NCBI GenBank assembly: GCA_038064195.1
Contig: JBBTTO010000002.1
Location: forward strand, 539,722-603,721
Direction of reading: 5' to 3'
From: Patescibacteria group bacterium
GTDB taxonomy: Bacteria; Patescibacteriota; Microgenomatia; Levybacterales; UBA12049
DNA: 64,000 nucleotides
Below the pieces are notes generated by a model. It was not told the origin of the DNA. It was given only the letters and a program-made list of their open reading frames with translations, and ran no database searches. Of the stretch, positions 30,760 to 39,359 are shown piece after piece (within the stretch, counting starts at the first letter, position 1; every line of letters starts with the position of its first letter). The translations under genes were made by a program, and so were the position numbers.

Positions 30760-30971
30760 TGACGATAACTCTTAAAATAAATGGCATGCATTGCACAAGC
30801 TGTGCTTTCAATATTGACGGCGAATTGGAAGATATGGATGGAGTGAAGGAGGCTTCAACTAACTATGCCAAGCAGGTGACACGTGTCACCTTTGATGAGC
30901 AAAAAGTATCCCCCGATAAATTCCAAATGATTATTTCCGGACTCGGTTACTCTGCATCTGTTGAAAATTAG
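30756..30971 (+). CDS. copZ: HMA-domain copper chaperone
   Basis: GMHCTSCAFNI heavy-metal-associated motif. 71 aa. Confidence 0.7.
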   Translation: MMTITLKINGMHCTSCAFNIDGELEDMDGVKEASTNYAKQVTRVTFDEQKVSPDKFQMIISGLGYSASVEN

Positions 30972-31060
30972 TTGAATTGAAGACTTCGGTATGGCCTTAT
31001 TGGCATTGTTATTACTCTTGATCTAATTGACTTATTTTATTTTTCTGATATAAGAAGAAC

Positions 31061-31522
31061 ATGCGTCTAAGTAAAGACAGTGGGTACCTGTTTGTTGATG
31101 TTTCAGTAGGAGAAGCCTATAGGTTGATGGAGGGAAGAGGTTGTGGAGAACGTGGTGGTCTGACTCCTGATGCAAAAGTAGAAGTATATCCTCTAAGTAT
31201 GAGAGATCCTGAAGCCGCAGTAGTAAATCCCTACACTGAGAGTAGTTTATATCTTACTGCTTTGAAAACAAGCCAAGAGCCAAAACCACAAGCAGAGCTC
31301 CTCGGAAATGAAGACTTGCTCGTTTTTGTCCCCGATATTGTTCCTCACAGACAAGATATAGGAGGGGTGCATGTCCCAAGAAGCACTATTCAGACTCCGG
31401 GGGTTGAAGAAGATGCAAGAGAACATCGATTAGGAATAGTGCCAAGAGGAGGAGTTATCGTTAATTTTGACGATTCGATAGTCAGGATCGCTCCGACGTA
31501 CCGTTTCCCTGACGAGAAGTAG
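31061..31522 (+). CDS. Doubtful ORF with GC-rich, atypical composition. Possibly a foreign fragment or non-coding leader.
   Basis: ORF only. Composition (Gly/Glu/Pro/Val-rich, GC about 48%) is unlike neighbouring genes. An overlapping antisense ORF also exists. Confidence 0.2.
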   Translation: MRLSKDSGYLFVDVSVGEAYRLMEGRGCGERGGLTPDAKVEVYPLSMRDPEAAVVNPYTESSLYLTALKTSQEPKPQAELLGNEDLLVFVPDIVPHRQDIGGVHVPRSTIQTPGVEEDAREHRLGIVPRGGVIVNFDDSIVRIAPTYRFPDEK

Positions 31523-31529
31523 TACCTCA

Positions 31530-34436
31530 TTGAACAATCTGCTTATTTCAGCTAGAATTGAGGCTATGGTAACGCAGTTCAAATCCGTCAGTCCCAAAGT
31601 CAATTTCCCTGAACTTGAGCAGGACATACTCACATTCTGGAAAGATAAAAAGATTTTTGAAAAGTCGATCGAGTCTCGCCCCGTAGACAAAAAATGGACC
31701 TTTTTAGACGGTCCGCCATTTGTCACCGGTATGCCTCATTATGGTTCATTACTTTCTAGTATCCCCAAGGACGTTTTCGGCCGTTATTTCACCATGAAAG
31801 GTTATCGTGTCAGGCGTGTCTGGGGTTGGGACGGGCATGGTCTGCCGATTGAGAATAAAGTTGAGAATAAATTAGAGATCAAACGTAAAAAAGATATTGA
31901 AGATGTCGTCGGAGTCAAGCGATTTATTGAGGAATGTAAAAAATACGTTACTGAGATCTCAGGGGAGTGGGAATGGTATGTCGATCATATCGGACGTTGG
32001 GTAGATTTTCAAAACGCCTACAAGACGTGGGATACGCCATACATGGAGTCGGTGATGTGGGTTTTCAGGCAGCTGTATGATAAAGGCCATATCTATAAAG
32101 GACTCAAGGTTACTCTTTACTGTCCCCACTGTGCCACCCCTATCTCCAACTTTGAAGTTGCGATGGATGCGGATAACTATAAAGAAGTCCCGGATGCAGC
32201 CACAACATACAAATACCAACTACGATCTACCAACTACGATCTACCAACTTATATTCTGGCCTGGTCGACCACTCCCTGGAACAAAATTGTGACACCGGCA
32301 CTAGCTGTCAATCCTGAGCTCACCTACGTCAAAGTAAAGCAAAACAATGAGTTTTATATTCTGGCCAAGCCGACACTCAAGATACTCGGAGAGACACCTT
32401 ACGAAATTGTTGAGGAAATGAAAGGTGAGGATTTGATCGGTACTAAATTTGTCCCGCACTATGATTACTATAAAATAAAAGAAGGGGAGAAAGCTTTTGT
32501 GGTCATCGGCGGTGACTTCGTGACAGCCGAAGAGGGGACAGGTGTCGTGACTATAGCAGCATATGGCGAGGAAGACTTGGTCGTTATGCTCAAAGAAAAC
32601 ATCCACATCGAAATGCATGTCGATGAGGAGGGTATTATAAAATCTGACGTGCCTAAATTTGGCGGGATGTATTATTTAAAGGCCAATAAAGCCGTTAATG
32701 AAGATTTGGCCTCTCGTGGACTGATTTACAAAGACGAAGAAGTACCCCACAATGTTCCCCTCTGTTGGCGTTGTCATACCCGGCTTTACTATGCGCCGAT
32801 TGACGCCTGGTATGTCAATATTCAGAACATGAAAGAACTTCTCAAAAAGACCAATGAAGACGTCAACTGGTTTCCTAAGCATTTTAAAACTGGCCGCTTT
32901 CTTAAAAGTCTTGAGAATGCGCCTGACTGGAATATCTCACGCAACCGCTACTGGGGATCGCCTGTTCCGGTCTGGGAATGTGAGTGCGGAGAGCGTTTTG
33001 TTCCCGGATCGATCAAAGAGCTTGAAGAAAAATCCGGGAAAGAAATAAAGGATTTACACAAACCCGAAATTGATGAAGTCACAGTTCCCTGTAGCAAATG
33101 CGGTAAGGATATGCATCGTGTATCTGAGGTTTTGGATAGTTGGATCGAAGCAGGGAGCGCGTCATTTGCCGAGAGACATTTCCCCTTTAATTCGACTGAA
33201 AAGCTGGAAGACTTTTTCCCGCCTGACTATATTGCTGAGTATACAGGACAGATCAGAGCCTGGTTTTATGTCCTCCATGTTATAGGTGGCGCGCTGTATG
33301 ATTCTCCCGCTTTCAAAAATGTTTCGGTAAGCGGTGTTATTTTAGGTACTGACGGGCGTAAGATGAGTAAGAATTTCAAAAACTACCCAGATCCGAAAGA
33401 AATGCTCGAGAAATTCGGGGGAGATGCTCTCAGGCTTTATCTCATGGGAAGTCCTGTGATGAACGGGGAAGATATCCTTATTTCTGAGGAGCAATATCGC
33501 AATCAAGTGCGTGGCATGATGCTTATTTTATGGAATGTCTATAATTTCTTTATTCAAAACGCGTTGATTGACGACTGGACACCGGGTGAGGAGGTAGCAT
33601 CAGAAAATGTTTTAGATCAGTGGTTGGTGTCTCTTCTTCATGGATTGGTCCGTGATGTAACAAAAGCGCTTGACTCCTATGACACGGTTGTCGCTATCGA
33701 TCAGATTAAAGTTTTTGTCGATAATTTTTCGACCTGGTATCTCAGACGAAGTCGTGATCGGGTCGGACCTAACGCAGATGATGACTCAGATAAAAATGCC
33801 TTTTATGCTACCTCCTACGAGGTGCTTGTTACACTGACTAAGCTTTTAGCCCCTATAGCGCCTTTTATTTCAGAGTCAATATATAAGAATTTGACTGATG
33901 AAGAGTCAGTGCATCTCTCAGATTGGCCTGCATTTGATGACTCAAAAATCAATAGAGAGCTGGAAGAGCAGATGGAGTTGGCACGTAGGCTAGTTGAGGT
34001 TGGACATTCACTTAGGAAAGAATTAGGCATTAAATTGCGTCAGCCTTTAGAGAGGGCATGGCATGATGAACCTAAAAAGAAAATCAGCAATATAGATGTT
34101 TTACATCTTGTTCTTGGGGAAGTGAATGTTAAATATTGGATCAATAACGAAGCTTATGATGAGTTTGAAAAAAAAGATGGGGTTAAGTTTAAAAATATTG
34201 ACGGGTTTACATTTTATCTTGATACGACTTTGACACCCGAACTTGAGGCTGAAGGACAAGCTCGAGAGATTATCAGAAAAATTCAGGATGAGCGAAAAAG
34301 GCTCGAAACCAGCCCAACTGAAGAGATAATCGTTACTCTTGAAGAGTGGCCTGAACAATTTGAGTCAGAGATAAAAAAGAAAACGCTAAGTAAAACTCTT
34401 TCCAAAGGACCTTTTAGTGTTACCCGTTTAACATGA
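31530..34436 (+). CDS. ileS: Isoleucyl-tRNA synthetase, eukaryote/archaeal-like type 2 (start may be the Met at 31566)
   Basis: PPFVTGMPHYGSLL variant HIGH region, KMSKNFKNYPDP (KMSKS), editing-domain and anticodon-binding regions. Type-2-like signature and length. Confidence 0.9.
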   Translation: MNNLLISARIEAMVTQFKSVSPKVNFPELEQDILTFWKDKKIFEKSIESRPVDKKWTFLDGPPFVTGMPHYGSLLSSIPKDVFGRYFTMKGYRVRRVWGWDGHGLPIENKVENKLEIKRKKDIEDVVGVKRFIEECKKYVTEISGEWEWYVDHIGRWVDFQNAYKTWDTPYMESVMWVFRQLYDKGHIYKGLKVTLYCPHCATPISNFEVAMDADNYKEVPDAATTYKYQLRSTNYDLPTYILAWSTTPWNKIVTPALAVNPELTYVKVKQNNEFYILAKPTLKILGETPYEIVEEMKGEDLIGTKFVPHYDYYKIKEGEKAFVVIGGDFVTAEEGTGVVTIAAYGEEDLVVMLKENIHIEMHVDEEGIIKSDVPKFGGMYYLKANKAVNEDLASRGLIYKDEEVPHNVPLCWRCHTRLYYAPIDAWYVNIQNMKELLKKTNEDVNWFPKHFKTGRFLKSLENAPDWNISRNRYWGSPVPVWECECGERFVPGSIKELEEKSGKEIKDLHKPEIDEVTVPCSKCGKDMHRVSEVLDSWIEAGSASFAERHFPFNSTEKLEDFFPPDYIAEYTGQIRAWFYVLHVIGGALYDSPAFKNVSVSGVILGTDGRKMSKNFKNYPDPKEMLEKFGGDALRLYLMGSPVMNGEDILISEEQYRNQVRGMMLILWNVYNFFIQNALIDDWTPGEEVASENVLDQWLVSLLHGLVRDVTKALDSYDTVVAIDQIKVFVDNFSTWYLRRSRDRVGPNADDDSDKNAFYATSYEVLVTLTKLLAPIAPFISESIYKNLTDEESVHLSDWPAFDDSKINRELEEQMELARRLVEVGHSLRKELGIKLRQPLERAWHDEPKKKISNIDVLHLVLGEVNVKYWINNEAYDEFEKKDGVKFKNIDGFTFYLDTTLTPELEAEGQAREIIRKIQDERKRLETSPTEEIIVTLEEWPEQFESEIKKKTLSKTLSKGPFSVTRLT

Positions 34437-35515
34437 GGAAAAAAAGTCTGCTCGGAATTGACTGGTGGCTATTTACTCCTGTTATAGCACTCATTGCTAT
34501 TAGCCTGGTGACACTTTTGTCACTGAATAAAGCTCTTTTCTTCAATCAGTTATTTACACTCTGTGTCGGTCTGGTGGGATTTTATCTTATCTCACGTCTT
34601 CGTATTGAGACGCTTCAGCAGCTAGCAGTTCCGATCTATATCGTCTCACTTATTTTACTCTTTATTGTTCTTATCATAGGCTTTGAAAGCCACGGAGCAG
34701 TACGCTGGATCTCACTCTTTGGATTTCCCATCCAGTTCTCAGAGGTTCTTAAGCCTTTTCTGGCCTTGGCTCTCGCGTCACATCTGAGCAAAGTCGACAA
34801 ATCATCATTCAAAAGTTTTTTAATGATAATAGTGCTATTATTGCCTGTATTTCTACTCATCGCTTTTCAGCCTGATTTGGGTAACGCGGTCATCTATGCC
34901 GGAGTCGTTTTGTTGGTACTTGTTGTGTACGGGTTTCCCTGGCGCTGGTTTTTGCTCCTTTTGTTACCTTTTCTTTTGGTTTCACCGGTTCTCTGGAGTA
35001 TCCTCCACGATTATCAAAGAAGACGCCTTTTGACTTTTCTTAATCCGACCAGTGATCCTTTGGGCGCGTCTTACAACGTTATTCAAGCCACGATAGCCGT
35101 CGGTTCGGGGATGTTTTTGGGCAAAGGACTAACGCAGGGCACTCAGTCCGGACTTCGTTTTTTGCCTGAACGCCATACCGACTTTATTTTTGCTACTCTG
35201 TCAGAAGGCCTGGGTTTTGTCGGAGGTTTTATCGTGCTTATTGCTTTTTTTGCTCTTAGTTTGAGGATTTATATGATTTTTAAAGAAATAGATGACTCAT
35301 TTGCCAAGCTTTTCAGCGTAATAATGTTTTTCTTTTTTGTGTCACATTTTTTTATCAATATAGGGATGAATGTGGGTTTGCTGCCTATTGTCGGTGTCAC
35401 CTTGCCGTTTGTTTCGTATGGAGGCAACTCATTGTTATCTAATTTTATTTTTCTGGGTATCCTGTCCGCGACAGCCGCTACTTATTCACGGCGTAATGTG
35501 CTGGAAATCAAGTAA
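34433..35515 (+). CDS. rodA: SEDS-family protein, RodA-type
   Basis: PDLGNAVIY, FIFATLSEGLGF and VSYGGNSLL SEDS motifs. Second SEDS gene, outside the dcw cluster. Confidence 0.7.
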   Translation: MRKKSLLGIDWWLFTPVIALIAISLVTLLSLNKALFFNQLFTLCVGLVGFYLISRLRIETLQQLAVPIYIVSLILLFIVLIIGFESHGAVRWISLFGFPIQFSEVLKPFLALALASHLSKVDKSSFKSFLMIIVLLLPVFLLIAFQPDLGNAVIYAGVVLLVLVVYGFPWRWFLLLLLPFLLVSPVLWSILHDYQRRRLLTFLNPTSDPLGASYNVIQATIAVGSGMFLGKGLTQGTQSGLRFLPERHTDFIFATLSEGLGFVGGFIVLIAFFALSLRIYMIFKEIDDSFAKLFSVIMFFFFVSHFFINIGMNVGLLPIVGVTLPFVSYGGNSLLSNFIFLGILSATAATYSRRNVLEIK

Positions 35516-35530
35516 ACTTTCTGCTATAAT
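35502..35530 (+). promoter_or_regulatory. Candidate promoter (TGGAAA - 17 nt - TATAAT) for rplU, inside the rodA 3' end
   Basis: Hexamers read directly. Confidence 0.3.
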
Positions 35531-35533
35531 GTC

Positions 35534-35935
35534 GTGACAACTATGAACTACGCAGTCATCCGCACGGGTGGTAAACAATATAAGGTTTCAGAGGGTGATA
35601 TTATCACTATTGAGCGTGTATCTAACCCTGCTCAGGATCAGATCACGTTCACCGATGTATTGATGACCGCTCAGGACGGTCAGGCTAATTTTGGCCAGCC
35701 GCTTATTACAGGCATGACAGTTACCGGTAAAGTGCTTGAGCACATCCGCGGAGAGAAAATCCGTGTTGCGAAATACAAAGCTAAAGTACGCTACCGACGT
35801 GTTACAGGTCACAGGCAGGAGCTCTCTCAGGTTCAAATTGAATCTATCGGGGGAGCGAAAAAAACGTCTGTAAAAGCAGCAACTGAAGCCAAAACACCTA
35901 GCGAGAAAAAGACACGAAAATCTTCTCAAAAATAG
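35534..35935 (+). CDS. rplU: 50S ribosomal protein L21 (with Lys-rich C-terminal extension)
   Basis: MNYAVIRTGGKQYKVSEGD... L21 signature. Confidence 0.9.
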   Translation: MTTMNYAVIRTGGKQYKVSEGDIITIERVSNPAQDQITFTDVLMTAQDGQANFGQPLITGMTVTGKVLEHIRGEKIRVAKYKAKVRYRRVTGHRQELSQVQIESIGGAKKTSVKAATEAKTPSEKKTRKSSQK

Positions 35936-35938
35936 CTA

Positions 35939-35967
35939 TTGACATCTGTGAAAACAAGGTCTATGAT
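35939..35967 (+). promoter_or_regulatory. Candidate promoter (TTGACA - 17 nt - TATGAT) upstream of rpmA
   Basis: Consensus -35. AAGGAG ribosome-binding site before the ATG at 36018. Confidence 0.35.
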
Positions 35968-36017
35968 AATCTTGTTTTCACAACGTCAAACGTTGCCGAG
36001 GTAAAGGAGAATAAAAA

Positions 36018-36269
36018 ATGGCACATACAAAATCACAAGGGGCAGTCAAAGGTAATAGAGATTCCATAGCCAAAAGACTCGGTGTCAAGGTATACGGCAA
36101 TGGTGTTGTCAAACCCGGTAGTATTCTCGTTCGTCAACGCGGGACACAGTTCCGCGCGGGTGAAGGAGTCGAAATGGGTAAGGACTTCACACTCTTTGCC
36201 ATTAAAAATGGTAACGTTAATTTTAAGACCCGTAAGGGAAAGAAAATCATTGAAGTAACCAATGGATAG
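36018..36269 (+). CDS. rpmA: 50S ribosomal protein L27
   Basis: [16 protein letters not shown]...[11 protein letters not shown]27 signature. Confidence 0.9.
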   Translation: MAHTKSQGAVKGNRDSIAKRLGVKVYGNGVVKPGSILVRQRGTQFRAGEGVEMGKDFTLFAIKNGNVNFKTRKGKKIIEVTNG

Positions 36270-37143
36270 TACAGTCGGTCAACTAACAGAACTCGAACCA
36301 GCCCAACTCCAGTCCAACCCTCTTCAGCCCCGTGGTGTCATTCTCCAGGACTCACTCACTGATCTCGTCGAGTCAATTCGTGAACAGGGAATCCTCGAGC
36401 CGATCGTCGTTGCCAAAACACCGGCAGGTTTTCAAATCATCGCAGGCGAGAGACGTTGGCGGGCAGCCAAGATTTTGGGTCTTCCCAAAGTACCGGTTGT
36501 GATCAGAGAGACGACTCCACAGGGGATGCTGGAGATGTCAATTGTGGAGAATGTGCAGCGGGAAGATCTTAACCCCATCGAAAGAGCTCTCTCATATAGA
36601 AGATTGATTGATGAATTCGGACTCGGTACCAATGAGGTCGCTAAGAGAATCGGTAAAAGTGCACCAACCGTCTCCAATACCATTCGTTTGCTTTCACTCC
36701 CCGATGCTATTAAAGATGCACTCGTTGCGGGTGTTATCACCGAGGGGCATGTACGTCCTCTCATATCACTTGGTGATCCTAAATTAATGCTTGAGCTTTT
36801 TAAGAGAATTCTACGGGACAATCTGACGGTTAGACAGACTGAGGACATATCACGCAAAGTAAAAGGTGAAGTCCAGCAAAAAGAGCCGATCACGAAAAAA
36901 GATCGACTTTGGGTACCTGAACAAGATACCATGGCCCAGCAACTTCAGGAAAAGTATCGGGTTGACGATGTAAAAATATTTCAGTCCAGCAAATTGGCCC
37001 GCATGACGATTGTTATTAAAGGGGATGTCGATGTCACGACCAAAAAACTCAAACAGCTTCATGAAATACTCAGCGGGGCGGATGTTAATGAAGAAAATCT
37101 TCAAGAAGAGCCGGCAGCTCCTGAAACCCTCACAGCTCAATAA
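36262..37143 (+). CDS. parB: ParB/Spo0J chromosome-partitioning protein
   Basis: [26 protein letters not shown] and HTH region. Confidence 0.85.
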   Translation: MDSTVGQLTELEPAQLQSNPLQPRGVILQDSLTDLVESIREQGILEPIVVAKTPAGFQIIAGERRWRAAKILGLPKVPVVIRETTPQGMLEMSIVENVQREDLNPIERALSYRRLIDEFGLGTNEVAKRIGKSAPTVSNTIRLLSLPDAIKDALVAGVITEGHVRPLISLGDPKLMLELFKRILRDNLTVRQTEDISRKVKGEVQQKEPITKKDRLWVPEQDTMAQQLQEKYRVDDVKIFQSSKLARMTIVIKGDVDVTTKKLKQLHEILSGADVNEENLQEEPAAPETLTAQ

Positions 37144-37148
37144 CTAAG

Positions 37149-37718
37149 CTATTTATAAGGATTTGAGATGGCGTGTGCTTCACTTATCGGCCAATAGACA
37201 AAGAAAGATTTACCGATCACCTCAGACTTTTTCAAAAATCCCCACTCCCGTGAATCAGAACTGTTAGCTCTGTTATCGCCCATAACAAAGATCTCGCCTG
37301 TAGGCACTTTTTTGGGTGCATTTTCAGGTAAAAATGTCCCACCAAACGTTTTGACATCAGAGCTGAGATAACTCTGTTCATTCAGTCTTTCACCATTGAC
37401 ATAGACGCTGCCTTCTTTGATCTCTACAGTGTCACCATTCATACCGATAACTCTTTTTATGAAATCCTTACTGCTATCAACCGGAGCCTTAAAGACGATC
37501 ACGTCCCCCTTATTAAGATGTCCCATTTTAAGTCCGATAATATTAGTGAAAATATATTCTTTATCTTTGTAGGTCGGGAACATCGAATCACCTGAGACCT
37601 GAAAAGGTCTAGCGATGATAAAATAAATCACCAAAAAGACGGCCAGTGCCATGCCGAAAGTCTGCAGAGTGTCTGAAAAAAATCCCAGGGCTTTTTTGTG
37701 AACAGGTTGTTGTTCCAT
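37149..37718 (-). CDS. lepB: Signal peptidase I
   Basis: GDSMFPTY (catalytic Ser box) and GDNRANSSDSREWG (box E). Convergent with parB, stops 5 nt apart. Confidence 0.85.
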   Translation of the reverse strand: MEQQPVHKKALGFFSDTLQTFGMALAVFLVIYFIIARPFQVSGDSMFPTYKDKEYIFTNIIGLKMGHLNKGDVIVFKAPVDSSKDFIKRVIGMNGDTVEIKEGSVYVNGERLNEQSYLSSDVKTFGGTFLPENAPKKVPTGEIFVMGDNRANSSDSREWGFLKKSEVIGKSFFVYWPISEAHAISNPYK

Positions 37719-37752
37719 AATGATTGGTCTATTATTCAGGACTACGCACGAT

Positions 37753-37781
37753 TTGTCAACCGCAATTCAATTTGCTAAGAT
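37753..37781 (+). promoter_or_regulatory. Candidate promoter (TTGTCA - 17 nt - TAAGAT) for the tRNA transcript
   Basis: Hexamers read directly. Confidence 0.3.
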
Positions 37782-37850
37782 TCCTGTACGGTTGCATAGC
37801 TCAGCCCCGATTTAATCGGGGTCAGCAGGTTAGACCTGTCCGACATGTCT

Positions 37851-37924
37851 GGATCCTTAGCTCAGTTGGTTAGAGCGTTGCATTCACATTGCAAAGGTCG
37901 GAAGTTCGAGTCTTCTAGGATCCA
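37851..37924 (+). tRNA. tRNA-Val (anticodon CAC), CCA not encoded
   Basis: Folded by hand. 7-bp acceptor GGATCCT/AGGATCC. D-arm TAGCTCAGTTGGTTAGAGC. Anticodon stem TTGCA/TGCAA with loop TTCACAT. T-arm GGAAGTTCGAGTCTTCT. Discriminator A. Confidence 0.85.
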
Positions 37925-37944
37925 CATTCCGCGTTGGTTCCCTG

Positions 37945-37979
37945 CCCGCCATAGCTATCGCTAGGCGATTGCAGGCGGG
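37945..37979 (+). other. Branched GC-rich stem-loop immediately 3' of tRNA-Val (CCCGCC...GGCGGG with inner hairpin ATCGC-TAG-GCGAT). Possible processing or terminator structure.
   Basis: Inverted repeats read from the sequence. No adjacent U-run, so a terminator call is weak. Confidence 0.25.
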
Positions 37980-38117
37980 GAGTCCAGCTGCGACCACAGA
38001 TTATTTTCTCAGAAAATAGGTATTCCAATAGTAACATTCGGGTTAATGAAGGCTACTTATGCGCTTTCTTCTGGACTTTCTTGAATTTCCCGACGTTCAG
38101 GCATACGAGCTGATTAT

Positions 38118-38138
38118 ACATTCCTCAGGCATAAATGA
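38118..38138 (+). repeat. Copy E: degenerate ftsZ-tail core (ACATTCCTCAGGCATAAATGA), 200 nt after tRNA-Val
   Basis: 13/13 match to CATTCCTCAGGCA of the core. Flanks diverged. Confidence 0.5.
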
Positions 38139-38404
38139 AAATAGAGGGCTATTAATCCATAACTGGTTTGTGGATAGGTTAATAGACTTAAATAAATACC
38201 ATAAATATCTTGAATTCAAGTCCTTTTCATCACAATGAGATATGGTTCATAAGGTTGTGGTAGAGATGAGATCTTAGCCTTACTCTTTTCGAGGATTAGC
38301 CACAAATTGTGATAAAGTAGCCTCAAAAATTTCCGATCCACAACCCACAACTTGTGGTGTTTTAATACAGACAACAATCATTGTGCGACGTTAAAGCTTA
38401 CTTT

Positions 38405-38433
38405 TTGATAAACTTAAAGTTTTGATGTATAAT
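38405..38433 (+). promoter_or_regulatory. Candidate promoter (TTGATA - 17 nt - TATAAT). The ATG at 38440 lies 7 nt after the -10 (leaderless). Shared 12-mer ATTGTGCGACGT at 38380-38391.
   Basis: Hexamers read directly. The 12-mer is identical to 8761-8772. Confidence 0.4.
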
Positions 38434-38439
38434 TTCACT

Positions 38440-38856
38440 ATGAATCAATCTAAGGTGAACTTTATTCATTTATGTGATGCTGCAACTATTGACGGGTCAG
38501 GTAAATTAAATATGCTTGGAATATTTAGCATAATTTATCTACAAGAAATCCCTGGTAAGTTTCCAAAGTTCACTGCAGTTGTGAGTATCGGAATTGAGGG
38601 GAAAGAAGGCTCAAAAAATATTTTAGATATTAAAATTGTTGCGCCAGATAATAAAGATTTGACTGTTAACCCTCCCATAAAAACTGAATTTACTACACCT
38701 AAAATACCTTTTAAAAAAACACCAACGCTTAATTTAATTCTTGATATAGGCAATCTCGGATTTAACACTGGTGGGAAACACACCCTAAATGTTTTTTTAA
38801 ATGGGAAGAATATTGGTTCTAAAAGTTTCGATGTTGAAAAAAGAGAGGTTAAATAA
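38440..38856 (+). CDS. Hypothetical protein, gene 1 of a tightly coupled three-gene cassette (the ORF track starts at a TTG at 38422 inside the -10)
   Basis: ORF with no recognisable domain. 2-nt gap to the next gene. Confidence 0.5.
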   Translation: MNQSKVNFIHLCDAATIDGSGKLNMLGIFSIIYLQEIPGKFPKFTAVVSIGIEGKEGSKNILDIKIVAPDNKDLTVNPPIKTEFTTPKIPFKKTPTLNLILDIGNLGFNTGGKHTLNVFLNGKNIGSKSFDVEKREVK

Positions 38857-38858
38857 AT

Positions 38859-39359
38859 ATGTGGGTAACACCTATACCAGCAACTCAAACAGCCGTTAAT
38901 GATTTTTCAGAAAGAAACCAATTAACAAGTGGCTTCGTTAGCAATGCTTTGAAAGTGGAAAGCTTGAAACCATTGCAAAACCTAACATCGGTATACGTGT
39001 CTGGAGCAACAATTATTGAAGGCATCATAGCTTTCCGACCCCAGCCTATACAAAACATGCTCAGTTCTGGTGTGGTAACACTTGCGGGTAATTATCCTGA
39101 GGAACAGGGGTTGAAGGCATTAGATTTTGTCGATATGACAACTCAGACTATGTTAAATTATTTTGACCCAAGTATTCAAAGGGGTCTTCCTGCTCCTAGC
39201 GAAACTTTAGTAAAAGACGAACAAGATGAGCTTATAGATTATATGTTAAAAAATGAAAATGTAGAATTTCACCCTCATGCGAAAACCATGCAGATTACTG
39301 TAAAAATTGGCAAAGCAGAGCACATCGTCCCTCAAATATCTATAGATGATGACGAATAA
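38859..39359 (+). CDS. Hypothetical protein, gene 2 of the cassette
   Basis: ORF with no recognisable domain. Its stop overlaps the next start (ATAATG). Confidence 0.5.
   Translation: MWVTPIPATQTAVNDFSERNQLTSGFVSNALKVESLKPLQNLTSVYVSGATIIEGIIAFRPQPIQNMLSSGVVTLAGNYPEEQGLKALDFVDMTTQTMLNYFDPSIQRGLPAPSETLVKDEQDELIDYMLKNENVEFHPHAKTMQITVKIGKAEHIVPQISIDDDE

Noticed and set aside
30972-31565. T-box riboswitch leader for ileS
   Set aside because: I searched by eye for the conserved T-box sequence (AATTAGGGTGGTACCGCG-like) and the specifier/antiterminator arrangement. None found.
37790-37850. Possible second complete tRNA upstream of tRNA-Val
   Set aside because: I could not form an acceptor stem, a D-stem closure or a canonical T-arm by hand. 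It is kept only as a tRNA-like fragment or hairpin finding.
38422-38439. ORF-track start codons at 38422 (TTG), 10366 (TTG) and 11366
   Set aside because: Each falls inside or upstream of a consensus -10 box. The first in-frame ATG shortly downstream (38440, 10384, 11402) is the more plausible start.
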